Positions 29,538 to 39,737 of a stretch of 60,073 nt of DNA are shown here, piece after piece. The stretch is from Candidatus Saccharimonadales bacterium (GTDB taxonomy: Bacteria; Patescibacteriota; Saccharimonadia; Saccharimonadales; JBBQAJ01), in assembly GCA_038206875.1 (NCBI GenBank), contig JBBRAK010000007.1, positions 1 to 60,073 of the forward strand. Direction: 5' to 3'. Within the stretch, counting starts at the first letter, position 1. Each line of letters starts with the position of its first letter. A program made the translations under genes and the position numbers. Under the pieces are notes generated by a model. That model ran no database searches. It saw only the letters and a program-made list of their open reading frames with translations, and had not been told where the DNA came from.

Positions 29538-30392
29538 CTAGTTGCTAAATATAGTTCTAGTGAGCTTTTGGATAAAGCTCACTCTGGACGCTCTGTCGGA
29601 TAGATTACCAATCTTGTTGTTTGTAAATATTGACATTGCAAAAACTCTGTCTTTGTATTCCACAAGAGCGATGTCGTGCATGTTACCGTATAAATAGCCT
29701 GCTTTGTGGTGCACGACTGCGCCACTTGGAAGTGCCGGAGGAATTAGGTCATCGGTATCGGTGTTTTGCATAAATGGTAATATTTGATTTATGTTTTTTA
29801 CATAGACCAGTTGACCTTTGTACATTTTTTGCAAAAAATTTGTAGCTTCTTCCGCCGTGATGGTGTTGTATCTTCTATCGTATGACGGTATGCCAATTTC
29901 GTGAGCATAATGTTCCAGCCGTGGGTAGGTTATATAGTTGTCCACAACGGCCCAGGCACTGTTGTCGCTTTGGTTTAGCATACGTTGAAACAAGTCTATT
30001 GGTTTTTGCCCACCGATGGGTTTGTCCATTGATGCCTCGCCAGTTTCAACTAAGTTTAAATAAGCTACGACTGATAGAAGTTTGGTAGTACTTGCAGCGG
30101 TGTATTCTTCTTTGCTACCGACATTTATTTTCTGGTCGCTCGCTAGGTCGATTACTGAAACAGATGCTCTCAAGTCAGAGCGGCTGTCGATAATTTCAGA
30201 TAGTTTTTTGATAGTTTCGTCGGAAAAGATGTCTTTTGGTTTGACGTATTTTCCCTCTGAATTGGCTGTTTTTGTGGGGTTTTCAGAGTACGTTTCTGCC
30301 GTGAGTTGGATGTTGTTTACCCACAAAAACAACAGTGCTACGCCTGCAACAGCTGTGGAAGCTAATAAAACTTTTACTTTTGTTTGTGACAT
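29538..30392 (-). CDS. Class A beta-lactamase-like serine hydrolase (Beta-lactamase2 family)
   Basis: SxxK (STTK), SDN and HKAG motifs after an N-terminal anchor. Confidence 0.85.
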   Translation of the reverse strand: MSQTKVKVLLASTAVAGVALLFLWVNNIQLTAETYSENPTKTANSEGKYVKPKDIFSDETIKKLSEIIDSRSDLRASVSVIDLASDQKINVGSKEEYTAASTTKLLSVVAYLNLVETGEASMDKPIGGQKPIDLFQRMLNQSDNSAWAVVDNYITYPRLEHYAHEIGIPSYDRRYNTITAEEATNFLQKMYKGQLVYVKNINQILPFMQNTDTDDLIPPALPSGAVVHHKAGYLYGNMHDIALVEYKDRVFAMSIFTNNKIGNLSDRASRVSFIQKLTRTIFSN

Positions 30393-30491
30393 ACGAGTAT
30401 TATATACGAATCCCACACTTCATCGTAGCAACAGTTCTACAATAGCTACGGCTATGCACAAATTGATAGAGCTGAAGAGCTGTTCCTGAAT

Positions 30492-31454
30492 TTACTTGTT
30501 TAGTTCACGCTCGCTTGGTTTGTGCGAAGTGCCTACATTGCACTCAGTAGTAAATTTAACTTTTTCACTCCCGGGTAACGAATCTTCTACGTCTTTTAGG
30601 TTGTCAGTAAAAGTTCTGCCGTTTTCGTCTTTTAACTCTTCTGGCTTTGGCCATTGCGTATCCTCGACGAATCCAACTGTAATGTTTTTTCGAGCATAAC
30701 CTTGCTGTGCATACCAGTCTTTTACTGCTACGTTCGCTCGATTGTCTGGTGGCGCAACTTTCCATGCTTCATCGACACATGCTGTTGACTGAGCAGCTAC
30801 CTGCCCAACCCAAGCTATATGTGTTTCAGCATCTCCGCCGTTGCTAAAATTGCCGCCACTAAATCTATGGAAAACTCTTGACTCATATGACTCACTTCCG
30901 TCAATCCTAGACGCCGGTGTGTTATATTTACCGTCTCTGGCAAAAACTCTTTCTTTCGGAATTACAGGTGAACCCGAACGTTTTACTATATAACCATCTT
31001 TAACCTTAAATGAGTTATCGGCATTTTCGGGGTTCAAAACCAGTCTGGGTCTGCTCTCTGCAAGCTTACTTCTATCAATTAGCACTGTTACTTTGTCGTT
31101 TGGTAGTGGTGCAGACTTCAAGCTTTCTCTTGTAGTGTCGACCTGCTCAGATGCACCATCCTTCAACACAAAGCTTATGTCCCCAACAAAACTACCGGTA
31201 TATGGGTCTTGCCAATGGGTTTTAAGTGGTCCAATGCCAACCGATCCTTCTGCGTTCAATTTTACTACTGAAGAAGTGGATAATATCCCTAGGCTAACTT
31301 CCATACCGACCGCGTCACGTACAATCGTGTTGTGGTCTGCAGTAGCACTTTCACTAGTTTCGGTAGAAAAGGGGTTGATGTCGAGAAATTGTCCTGCTAG
31401 TAGTCCTACGCCTACTAGCGCTGCCCCAGCAATAATTTTCTCACCTGTGCTCAT
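30492..31454 (-). CDS. Hypothetical secreted or membrane-anchored protein
   Basis: 320-aa ORF, N-terminal hydrophobic segment, SD (AAGGAG) upstream. Confidence 0.7.
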   Translation of the reverse strand: MSTGEKIIAGAALVGVGLLAGQFLDINPFSTETSESATADHNTIVRDAVGMEVSLGILSTSSVVKLNAEGSVGIGPLKTHWQDPYTGSFVGDISFVLKDGASEQVDTTRESLKSAPLPNDKVTVLIDRSKLAESRPRLVLNPENADNSFKVKDGYIVKRSGSPVIPKERVFARDGKYNTPASRIDGSESYESRVFHRFSGGNFSNGGDAETHIAWVGQVAAQSTACVDEAWKVAPPDNRANVAVKDWYAQQGYARKNITVGFVEDTQWPKPEELKDENGRTFTDNLKDVEDSLPGSEKVKFTTECNVGTSHKPSERELNK

Positions 31455-31515
31455 GACTGACTCCTTTTAACTGAGTTGATGTATACACTACGATAAACAA
31501 GCATATAAGTCAACA

Positions 31516-34023
31516 TTATTTTGTTAGTTCCTCTAGGTGATTACTCTCTATAACATCTGTCAGAACTGGTACGTAATTCGGTGCGGTCGCATACGCAGGT
31601 TCGCCAGGGTTAACTAAAGCACGTAAGTATGCAGGCCAGTTATCTTTTGCCGCTACTGCATCTCTGTAATGTGGCGCTCTTAGAATCAGCTCATTGTGAT
31701 CTATAATCCAATCTTTCAAAGATGTATATTTTTTAAATACATGTGGTTCTTCTTTTCTGACCCCGTTGTAATATTCGAAAGTCATAAATGTCTGAGTTTC
31801 GCCATGCCAGTATCCGTCTGGTTTCATCCCAGAACAATTGTTTCCTGGACAGTCATGGCCCGCGTTTGACTCAACCCACCATTGTGCTAACGTCACTGTG
31901 TCGTTGGTTGTCGAATATTCCATGATTAGGGGGAGAATAGTTTTTATGTTGTCTTTTTTCCACTGTTCGATTGGCAGATTATCGATTATGGATATTTTTT
32001 CGGGGGTAAGAGCTACTTGTGCTCCTTTTTCTGGTGTGGGTGCGACCGTCTGAGGAGGAGTTGGTGCCTGTGGTGGCGCCGGTGCTTCCTGGGGAACAAT
32101 CGGTTCGCGACTGAGCGTCGAAACATGAATATGAGTACGATGATTTTCTTTTGTTGCTCCTGTAAAGGTAAAGGCCTCCCCATGCCTAAGACCAGTGGTG
32201 CCTTCTGGTGGATCAGCATGTATAAGCTCGTTTATCTCAAATATTTCTCTAGCATCATATATGTCTCTATATAATCTCTCGACTTCGGCTTTATCTGCAT
32301 CATCGTCTATATCAAATGCCAGCCCCATGAAGTGATTGCTGTTGGAAACATGGTTCCCCGTGGTCATTGAGCCTATGGTAATTTTATGGCCTTTTTCGTT
32401 GACCAAGTACAAAATCATTTGCAATAATCTAGGACTAACGTCTATGTTTTTAGTGCCCTCTTGGCTCAAATCATGCGCAAAAGTTTTTCCACCATCAGCA
32501 ATGTCCTGCATGGACTTTCGAACCTGGTCTCCTTCTGAGTCGCCAATCGTTATATTTGGATTACTCAAGATCTGCTTCATAAGTCCTTGCGGTGAAACTT
32601 CAGCTGCTAGGGCTTCGTTATGCTTGATAGTTTCAGAGAGTTGTTTGATATCGTGCCAGGTTTTGTCCCACTCTGCTTTGGAGACTCCTGGCAGTCTAAG
32701 CACAGCGTGTTCGGCCAAGTTGTTTAGGTCTTGATGCTTGTTGGCTTTCTCTATCCATTTTGTTGCGACCTCTGGGCTGACTTTATGTATTGCTCCCACA
32801 ACCACAGCTACTTGACTGACAGACAATTTTTTATCTACATGCCAGCTCATCGACTCGCCTTCTGGCAAGGGTGGAGTATTGTCATGCGGTTTAGTATGTT
32901 CTGGTGCTGTTGTTGACGTAGTTACAGGTGCATCGGTGGTTGTAGTTGTAGGTGCTGGCGCAGGTTTTTGAGTCAAATGTTCTTGTGTAATTTGTGGAGT
33001 AACTTCTTCCACTACGGCAGGGCTAACGGGAATAACTAAATATTCGGGAAGTTTTTTGTGCGCTTTACTTGCGTTCAAATCGTTCATTTCATCAATCCCT
33101 TGCTCTACATCTTTTCTGTTTAGCCCGGTTTTTTCTACTAAAATATCAACGATTTCTTTTTTTGTTGCTCCTTTTGGAACCTTCATGACTCCTGCTGTAG
33201 CTTTTCCGGTCACGACCGCGTCGGACAGAGGGCTTTTATATTCTTTCATCAGCCTACGAGCTTCTTTGGACAAAGGTTTATCGACTTGTGTTTGTGCAGT
33301 ATTGGGAGTCACTGGCTGATGTGGAGCTTCCACTGTGGCTGGCGCGGGTTCTAAAGCTATTGGAACGACTTTGTTTATCTTCATGACAAAACCAGGGTTG
33401 ATTAGGCTTGGGTTTGACAGCCCATTATCTGATGCTAATTGATTTACTGAAATCCCATTTCTATTGGCTATGTCCCAAGAGGTGTCGTTTTTCTGTACCG
33501 TATAGAGTGTTGTTTCAACACGTGTGGTGTTACCGCTAGTTTGTGTAGTTTGCGCAGGCTCACCATTTAGAAATTTGATATTTAACTGGTCATTTGGGTG
33601 GATTACATGATTGGCAGTTTGGTTATTGACAGCTTGTACTAGTGGGATTGCTATGACCTTTTGCGCATCTGTTAGTTTGGTGTCTCTAGCGAGCATGCTC
33701 CAGTAACCATCACCGACTCGTGCTGTACTTAATTCCGGAGCCGGTGGAGCTACGGTTGCAGGGGCTTCTGAAGTAACGACAGTCGGTGCCGGTATTGCTT
33801 CTGTGGCACTAGCGGGGGTTGGATTAGCCAAGCCTGTTAAGCCTAGCAAGCTACCGGCTGCAACTGACACGGCTGCGACGGCTTGTACAGGATTCCCAAA
33901 TACATCAGTTACACGTTCTGGCAAATCAGCTTGCGGTTCATTCGCCAGAATTTCTACATTCGCCAGAAACTGTTGCAGAGCCTCTGGCGATAAATTATCT
34001 ATAACCGAAGCTTCAGCACTCAT
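31516..34023 (-). CDS. Multi-domain peptidoglycan hydrolase: LysM + M15-like Zn peptidase + GH73 glucosaminidase
   Basis: LysM YTVQKNDTSWDIANRNGISVNQLASDNGLSNPSLINPG; SNHFMGLAFD and HIH; QWWVESNAG...NNCSGMK...YATAPNY. Confidence 0.82.
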   Translation of the reverse strand: MSAEASVIDNLSPEALQQFLANVEILANEPQADLPERVTDVFGNPVQAVAAVSVAAGSLLGLTGLANPTPASATEAIPAPTVVTSEAPATVAPPAPELSTARVGDGYWSMLARDTKLTDAQKVIAIPLVQAVNNQTANHVIHPNDQLNIKFLNGEPAQTTQTSGNTTRVETTLYTVQKNDTSWDIANRNGISVNQLASDNGLSNPSLINPGFVMKINKVVPIALEPAPATVEAPHQPVTPNTAQTQVDKPLSKEARRLMKEYKSPLSDAVVTGKATAGVMKVPKGATKKEIVDILVEKTGLNRKDVEQGIDEMNDLNASKAHKKLPEYLVIPVSPAVVEEVTPQITQEHLTQKPAPAPTTTTTDAPVTTSTTAPEHTKPHDNTPPLPEGESMSWHVDKKLSVSQVAVVVGAIHKVSPEVATKWIEKANKHQDLNNLAEHAVLRLPGVSKAEWDKTWHDIKQLSETIKHNEALAAEVSPQGLMKQILSNPNITIGDSEGDQVRKSMQDIADGGKTFAHDLSQEGTKNIDVSPRLLQMILYLVNEKGHKITIGSMTTGNHVSNSNHFMGLAFDIDDDADKAEVERLYRDIYDAREIFEINELIHADPPEGTTGLRHGEAFTFTGATKENHRTHIHVSTLSREPIVPQEAPAPPQAPTPPQTVAPTPEKGAQVALTPEKISIIDNLPIEQWKKDNIKTILPLIMEYSTTNDTVTLAQWWVESNAGHDCPGNNCSGMKPDGYWHGETQTFMTFEYYNGVRKEEPHVFKKYTSLKDWIIDHNELILRAPHYRDAVAAKDNWPAYLRALVNPGEPAYATAPNYVPVLTDVIESNHLEELTK

Positions 34024-34811
34024 AATTCAGTTTCCTCCGGTTGGTGGTTAGCTCGTGGTCGTATACTACCGCCTGTAACTTGGCCTGTTTCTTTATCTCG
34101 GAGTACCTCTGATGCCATTTCTGCAACAGCGTTAACTATTTCCATGTCGTCCATCTCCTGAACTCCTAGCAACTCGCCAACTAGTGAAAAGCGCGAAATA
34201 GCTCGCTTATCTTTTCCTGCTAAATACCAGGCGACTTTCTGTCGTAAGTCTGGGTTTTCTATGGCGTCCCTTGCTTGTGTTTTAAGGTCTTCGACTTCTT
34301 CTACGCGAGTAAAGCTGGAGCTTAGAACTTCTTCCCACGGCGAGTCAAGAACTCCATCTTCTGTGTCCATGGTTTCCATACGAACTCGACTGACAACTCG
34401 AATATTTTTTGGCTTTGAAGTCGGGGGTGATATGTTTCCATATTTTCTATTTTCGTTAGGTTCATCATAATACGCATCATTTGCATGCAACTCCCCGACG
34501 TATGTATCGTCAACCAAGTGTAGCCGTGGTCTACTTTGCTCAAGTACTCTATTCACACCTTCACTAAGTATTTGATTTGATAACTGTTCGGCAACGTCGT
34601 GGAATGTTTCTGAGTCTATGGCGGGGTCATTGTCATATAGCCGAGCTACGTCAGTAATAAAGTCTGCTGTCATTTCGCTTCCGCCATTACGAAAAACATC
34701 TCTGTCAATCAATTCGACAAGATTTGAATAGAGCTGATTACTGCCTATGTTAGGGTCCTGCTCAGGCTGCGCCATGCTGCGGTGTCCTTCCTCTGGGTGC
34801 CTAAAAGACAC
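34020..34811 (-). CDS. Hypothetical acidic protein, translationally coupled to the hydrolase
   Basis: 263-aa ORF whose stop overlaps the downstream ATG (ATGA). Confidence 0.65.
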   Translation of the reverse strand: MSFRHPEEGHRSMAQPEQDPNIGSNQLYSNLVELIDRDVFRNGGSEMTADFITDVARLYDNDPAIDSETFHDVAEQLSNQILSEGVNRVLEQSRPRLHLVDDTYVGELHANDAYYDEPNENRKYGNISPPTSKPKNIRVVSRVRMETMDTEDGVLDSPWEEVLSSSFTRVEEVEDLKTQARDAIENPDLRQKVAWYLAGKDKRAISRFSLVGELLGVQEMDDMEIVNAVAEMASEVLRDKETGQVTGGSIRPRANHQPEETEL

Positions 34812-34922
34812 CTATTGATTGGTAGTCAACAGATAAATAACCTGCTTCAATACATTAATATATCATAAGCTTTAATATTAAGCAAGTTTATATTACAAAC
34901 AGTATACTTTCAGTCGGCTATA

Positions 34923-34958
34923 ACTAAAACAGAGCACGTCATAGTGCCCTGTTTTAGT
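34923..34958 (-). terminator. Hairpin/terminator downstream of the small ORF 34972..35130
   Basis: 15-bp stem whose single mismatch is a G-U pair on the minus-strand RNA. Confidence 0.65.
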
Positions 34959-34971
34959 GTGTTCTGTCGGC

Positions 34972-35130
34972 TTAGATTTGTGCTACAATCCAGACCACAC
35001 CTGCTAAAGCGAGCAGGAAGATGCTCAGCACAACTGGAGAGCCCCAGCTGAACCATGAACCCCACGAACGCCAGTGTTTGTGGGACGTTTCGTACCAGTT
35101 CATCTCTTCTTCTTTTGTCATTTTAGACAT
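34972..35130 (-). CDS. Small Trp-rich membrane protein (52 aa), absent from the ORF track
   Basis: MSKMTKEEEMNWYETSHKHWRSWGSWFSWGSPVVLSIFLLALAGVVWIVAQI*, with AGGAG SD and a downstream hairpin. Confidence 0.7.
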   Translation of the reverse strand: MSKMTKEEEMNWYETSHKHWRSWGSWFSWGSPVVLSIFLLALAGVVWIVAQI

Positions 35131-35349
35131 AAGACGACTCCTTATTAAGTTAATAGAGAGTTTCTATTTAAGCGTTTGCCAGTAAATAGTTGTTCTTAGA
35201 AACAAAGAGCTACTCGATGTTCTGGACTTATCAACTCTGCAATTGTAGCAGAAAGTCCACTAGTATAATCTCCCACGTCATTGTCGATAAAATTTATAGC
35301 CCTTCGATGTGCACAATAATTGAAAGTAAAGCTGTCCTTATCGTCGAAA

Positions 35350-35964
35350 TCAAAAAATCTTTGGCGGATGCCAGTCTGGGTCTTCGGCCATATGATCTTT
35401 ATTGGCTTTAAACTCAGATAGTCCACGTTCTCTAATTCGTTTGTCGGTCGCAACAACCACAGGATCTGAAACGAAGTTTTTAGAAAAACTAACGACTACG
35501 AAGCCTTTTTCAGGTCCGTCAGTTAGCTCTTCTCGTCCCGTCTCAAAGTATCCTGCGCGAGAATAAAGCTTGAGTGCGGCAGTTTGTGTGCTAAGAGTGC
35601 TAACCGCGCTTTCTTTTAACCCTATATTCTTCATATCCGCTTCTAGTATACCTAGAAACCATGGTCCAATTCGTTGACCTTGTAATTGAGGAGTTACTCG
35701 CATCCTTTTAACTTCTGCAATGGTTTGTGATAGTCGTTTAAATCCGCCCATTACAACCATTTCCGCTTCGAGGTGACCAACTAAAAACTCGCCACCACTT
35801 CCAGCAAAAGTTTCACTAATTCCTACCATGTCACGTCTCCAGTCTCCACTCTCAGACCCTATGCCAATATGCTCTTCCGCTTCACGATTTAGAATAACTG
35901 CGTTCGGAAAATCTGCATCTTCCCAAGGGCGGACATGTATTTGCTCAACAAGAGGAGTTGCCAT
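35350..35964 (-). CDS. GNAT family N-acetyltransferase
   Basis: AEVKRMRVTPQLQGQRIG (motif A) and AALKLYSRAGY. Confidence 0.88.
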   Translation of the reverse strand: MATPLVEQIHVRPWEDADFPNAVILNREAEEHIGIGSESGDWRRDMVGISETFAGSGGEFLVGHLEAEMVVMGGFKRLSQTIAEVKRMRVTPQLQGQRIGPWFLGILEADMKNIGLKESAVSTLSTQTAALKLYSRAGYFETGREELTDGPEKGFVVVSFSKNFVSDPVVVATDKRIRERGLSEFKANKDHMAEDPDWHPPKIF

Positions 35965-36069
35965 AGATAAATGATACCACATTGCGGAGTATTTGTAAAG
36001 GCTTAGATTTTATTAGGGGTGTGGGATTAGAACAATTTATTTCAACTAAAACGTGATCTATAAATTTCT

Positions 36070-37884
36070 CTATTGCATTCTGGAACCAAAAGCTCGACTT
36101 GAGCCACGGTTAAAAACTTCCATAAATAATCGCGCTAGCGGGCTAAAATTCGCTTGTTTCAAACGCGTACGCCGTATTTTGGGGCTCATGATCTCGTTTA
36201 ATATTTTAGCTAGAGCCTGTCTTGAGGCAATTCCCTGAACTGGGTCAAGATTGAGAGGACGCAAGGTGTCGTCTATATTTTCTGTTCCGTCTTTGTAACT
36301 GAGAAGTCCTTTTTTCTCCAAAGCGCGGTATGCGGGTGTCCCAGGGATTGGTTCAAAAGGAAAAAGTATCAACCCTGGATATGATTTACTCCATTCAACC
36401 CATGTACTAATCATTTCATCCCATTCTTTCTGAGCTAAACTTTCGTAGGGTACAATTGGCTTTTCGTTAACAGCATGTGGTGACCATAGTTCTTCGGGAA
36501 GGCCTACCATCGCCGTGCCAAAAACAATAATACCCAAATCATTTAGTCGCTTGATAGCAGTATTGTATTGGTCAGGGTTTTTGCCTTGCGTTATAGTTCC
36601 TTTGACCTTTACTGGCTGTTCCAGGCCTACCTCGACAGCTAGCAGAGTGTCTTTTAATAATTGCGCTCTGTATTCGTCGTCCGGTGAGCCATCGAAAAAA
36701 AAGTTTTGAGGGTTGCCCTCTTCGGGTTGTTCAAGATAAAACATAAGCTCGCCTTCGTACGCAAACCGCTTACCGTGCTTTTTGAGCATCTCCAAAAAAC
36801 TTACAAAGTAATCTCGACCATTTGCGGTAAAATTTTGGTCGACTATAGCTACAACTTTTGCTTCGGTTGCAATGAGCTCCGTTTCAATAGATTGCAGGTC
36901 TCGATGACGCATCTCTATGCCTTGGAATGGTTCGGTTGCACAAAACGAACAGCGCTCTGGACATCCAAACGACGTATTGATTTGGTGTACTCGCAAAAAG
37001 CTTGGGATTTCATATTTTTTACCCTTGAAGCTGAATCCTGTTCTCATCATTTCGAGTGCCTCGAGTCGGCGAGCTAAATTACCACCACTTACTTCGTGTT
37101 CTTCTGAGTACGCGTCTTTCATGTCAACTTTTCCGTCAACGGGAAGTTGCACTGTATCGTTAGGGTTATTGAGTAGGGTTATAGAGCGTTTCCCAGGAGT
37201 GCCTGCACGAGTAAAAATGCGGGGTGAGGGGTCTTTTACGAGCTCATCTATCAGGTATCCGGCAGCACCTTCAATCTCACCGCGAAAAACTGATGTTCCA
37301 TCGTTCACGTAACGAAAAGGATGCGGGTCAAGCGTGGGTGCCACTCCACCATTGACAGTAATAATACCCTGTTCGGCTAAGCGCATGTTAAGGTCTCGGA
37401 CATGGTATCTATCGTAGGTCGTTGCCCCGGCCACAAACGCAAAGTCTGGCTTTTCTTGAATCGCCTCCCTGACACGTTCTTCGTCTCTGAAGTCTACAAA
37501 ATCTAGAGCCGAAAAGCGTCCAGTACCCATAAGCTCAGAATATAAAATGGCACTTCCAAGGTACGGCATTATGCCTCCCACTGCCATCACAGCAGAACTT
37601 GCCAGTCTGTCTGGAGATGGAGGTTCGTTACTAACAGTTCCTGGTTCATAACCAAAATTAAGTCGTGTTTGGGTAAAGATTGTTCCCACGTATGGACCAT
37701 TTGGCTCGTCGATTCTGTGGTCTAGCACATCAAGCAATCCTCCCAATTGCTCATGAGCTTCATGCTTTTGGTCGGCGCTAGTTTGTTCGGACCGTGCATG
37801 CCGTAGCACCCCGCTCAACAGCCGGTGTCGAGGGGTTTGACCGATAATACGCCTCATCACTGGGTTCCACCTCGGCAATTCCAA
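36070..37884 (-). CDS. B12-binding radical SAM protein (may extend to 38142 across an in-frame TAG)
   Basis: GGVAPT and RGEIE in the cobalamin-binding region; TSFGCPERCSFC; VDQNF; PIPGTP. Confidence 0.85.
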   Translation of the reverse strand: MELPRWNPVMRRIIGQTPRHRLLSGVLRHARSEQTSADQKHEAHEQLGGLLDVLDHRIDEPNGPYVGTIFTQTRLNFGYEPGTVSNEPPSPDRLASSAVMAVGGIMPYLGSAILYSELMGTGRFSALDFVDFRDEERVREAIQEKPDFAFVAGATTYDRYHVRDLNMRLAEQGIITVNGGVAPTLDPHPFRYVNDGTSVFRGEIEGAAGYLIDELVKDPSPRIFTRAGTPGKRSITLLNNPNDTVQLPVDGKVDMKDAYSEEHEVSGGNLARRLEALEMMRTGFSFKGKKYEIPSFLRVHQINTSFGCPERCSFCATEPFQGIEMRHRDLQSIETELIATEAKVVAIVDQNFTANGRDYFVSFLEMLKKHGKRFAYEGELMFYLEQPEEGNPQNFFFDGSPDDEYRAQLLKDTLLAVEVGLEQPVKVKGTITQGKNPDQYNTAIKRLNDLGIIVFGTAMVGLPEELWSPHAVNEKPIVPYESLAQKEWDEMISTWVEWSKSYPGLILFPFEPIPGTPAYRALEKKGLLSYKDGTENIDDTLRPLNLDPVQGIASRQALAKILNEIMSPKIRRTRLKQANFSPLARLFMEVFNRGSSRAFGSRMQ

Positions 37885-37905
37885 AAGATATTGCTCAGGG
37901 TCATC

Positions 37906-38142
37906 CTAATGTAGTAGCTCTAGAACTTGTTCGTCATCCCCGTCCCCAACAGTAATCGACTCATCATTAAACGGTATAAGTTCTACTCCTACTCCTTGTA
38001 ACGCCCACGTAGCACGCAAGGCGTCACGGCGTGCAACCACGGCAACTTCTGGTTCTTCAAAAATCTCAATTCCGCCGATAAGACGAACACCAAGATGCCC
38101 TACTCTATCAAGAACAGGACTATTTCTATCTGCCTCTGACAT
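37906..38142 (-). CDS. Small ORF in frame with the radical SAM gene (possible N-terminal fragment)
   Basis: Same frame; separated only by TAG and 7 sense codons. Confidence 0.45.
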   Translation of the reverse strand: MSEADRNSPVLDRVGHLGVRLIGGIEIFEEPEVAVVARRDALRATWALQGVGVELIPFNDESITVGDGDDEQVLELLH

Positions 38143-38244
38143 ATTGACATACAGTATACTAAAACAGGATAAAATACAAAACTGGAGTATATTTTCTAAT
38201 CCACCGCGTGTCTTGAATTACATATGTTCCATTCAAACCGTCGG

Positions 38245-38826
38245 TTATTTAATCTTGAATTCGACCATGGGTTGTAGTGAATCAGGGCTGACCGCGTATA
38301 CGACATAATATTTGCGCTTGGGATTTATGATGCGTGAAAGTAGGCTTGGTTTTAGCAAGAGAGCGTTTTTTTCAAGCAGTACTTCTTTGATTATGCCTTT
38401 GATTTTTTTTGTTTTCAAAATGCCATTTGAGTAACCTTTGTATTTATCAAACCATAGCGACTCGATAGGCTTTTGCTTCGCTTCAATTACATGCACTTCG
38501 ACGCGTTTTCCGCTGTACAGTTTTTGATTACGCTGGGTCATTTCGGTCAACTGCGTGCGACTCAAATGCTTGATTTGTTCTGCCTGTACTTTTTTAATGT
38601 GGGCGTCAACACTGGCTCGGGAAATACTGTCAGTGGAATCACTTGGAATAAGTCGCGGGTTCAATACGCCGTCACCGCCAAAGTAATTTAGTTGTCCTAT
38701 TGCTAGTTCTTCAGATTTTTTGGCTTCATGGGCGCTAACTTCGGCAGTTACCAGGTTAAACATAGTAGACTGAAAATCTGCCAAAAGTTGGGCGCCAGTG
38801 ACTGGCAGGCCATCGTTTTTATTCAC
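38245..38826 (-). CDS. Hypothetical protein
   Basis: 193-aa ORF; TATGAT 6 nt before the GTG start. Confidence 0.65.
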   Translation of the reverse strand: MNKNDGLPVTGAQLLADFQSTMFNLVTAEVSAHEAKKSEELAIGQLNYFGGDGVLNPRLIPSDSTDSISRASVDAHIKKVQAEQIKHLSRTQLTEMTQRNQKLYSGKRVEVHVIEAKQKPIESLWFDKYKGYSNGILKTKKIKGIIKEVLLEKNALLLKPSLLSRIINPKRKYYVVYAVSPDSLQPMVEFKIK

Positions 38827-39065
38827 AAATTCATCATATCAGCTTATGTATACGTTTGTTCCCTATAATTTGCAGGTTTTAAAACTGTTCAATTGGATAC
38901 CTTAGCTTCATGAGCTCCAAAAAACTATCAGAACCAACTAGTAAAGGTAAGGTGGCAGGATAAAATCGAGAGTAAAACGCTTGTGTTTTTTTAGAAAAAA
39001 TGATACATTATCTGCGTATCAATCTGGCGCAGCACATTTTAGTTTCAAAAAGGAATAGAATCAAA

Positions 39066-39725
39066 ATGAAAACAAAGCAAAAAAAAGTTTCAAAAAAATC
39101 TAGGTTTTCAAAATTTAGACCAAAGTCTAAAGGTGCATTTGGTTGGAAGTTTGTAGTGTTTACAATTGCAATTGCAACAATTGGCAGTTTTGCAATTATA
39201 CGCTCCTTTGCTGCTTCTACCACTGTCGGAAGTGTCACTAATTGCGGGCAAAAATACTGCTATTATACAATTGATGCAAAAGTGGCTGGATGGGTAAAAA
39301 ACCTTAGGAGTCAGTATACTCCATACAATCAATACTTGCCGTTAAATGACTGTGTTTCTGGCTTTGCCCGTGGCTGGGCTGTGCATATATCCAATTTAGA
39401 TCATCCAATGACTGATGCCGATCATTCGGGTCAAGGCTACAATTGTGGTGATTGGTCTGCGAAAGGCGAAATTATGTGGAAGGGTTTTTGCCAAAATCTG
39501 GCTCCAGCTGGCAACACAGCTTTGGCTGAAAAAAATGCCGACGATTGCGCCTGGAAAGCAGTTTACGGTGATCCTGGCGGAAGTTTCTGGGACGATAAGC
39601 AACCAGGCCAACCCCACAGGGCAATTATGCTTGACCCTAAATATAATCGCATCGGTGTTGGCGCCATTCAAGATTTCCGCACTGGCACAACTTCCATAGT
39701 AATTGATTTTGTACAGTTGAGATAG
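39066..39725 (+). CDS. Secreted CAP/SCP-domain protein
   Basis: Basic leader and TM ending RSFAA; HRAIMLDPKYNRIGVG at the C-terminus. Confidence 0.75.
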   Translation: MKTKQKKVSKKSRFSKFRPKSKGAFGWKFVVFTIAIATIGSFAIIRSFAASTTVGSVTNCGQKYCYYTIDAKVAGWVKNLRSQYTPYNQYLPLNDCVSGFARGWAVHISNLDHPMTDADHSGQGYNCGDWSAKGEIMWKGFCQNLAPAGNTALAEKNADDCAWKAVYGDPGGSFWDDKQPGQPHRAIMLDPKYNRIGVGAIQDFRTGTTSIVIDFVQLR

Positions 39726-39737
39726 CTAATTAAATAG

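Noticed and set aside
35196..35456. 86-aa ORF overlapping the GNAT 3' end
   Set aside because: TTG start, 107-nt overlap and no recognisable motif; may be a gene remnant but I cannot support it.
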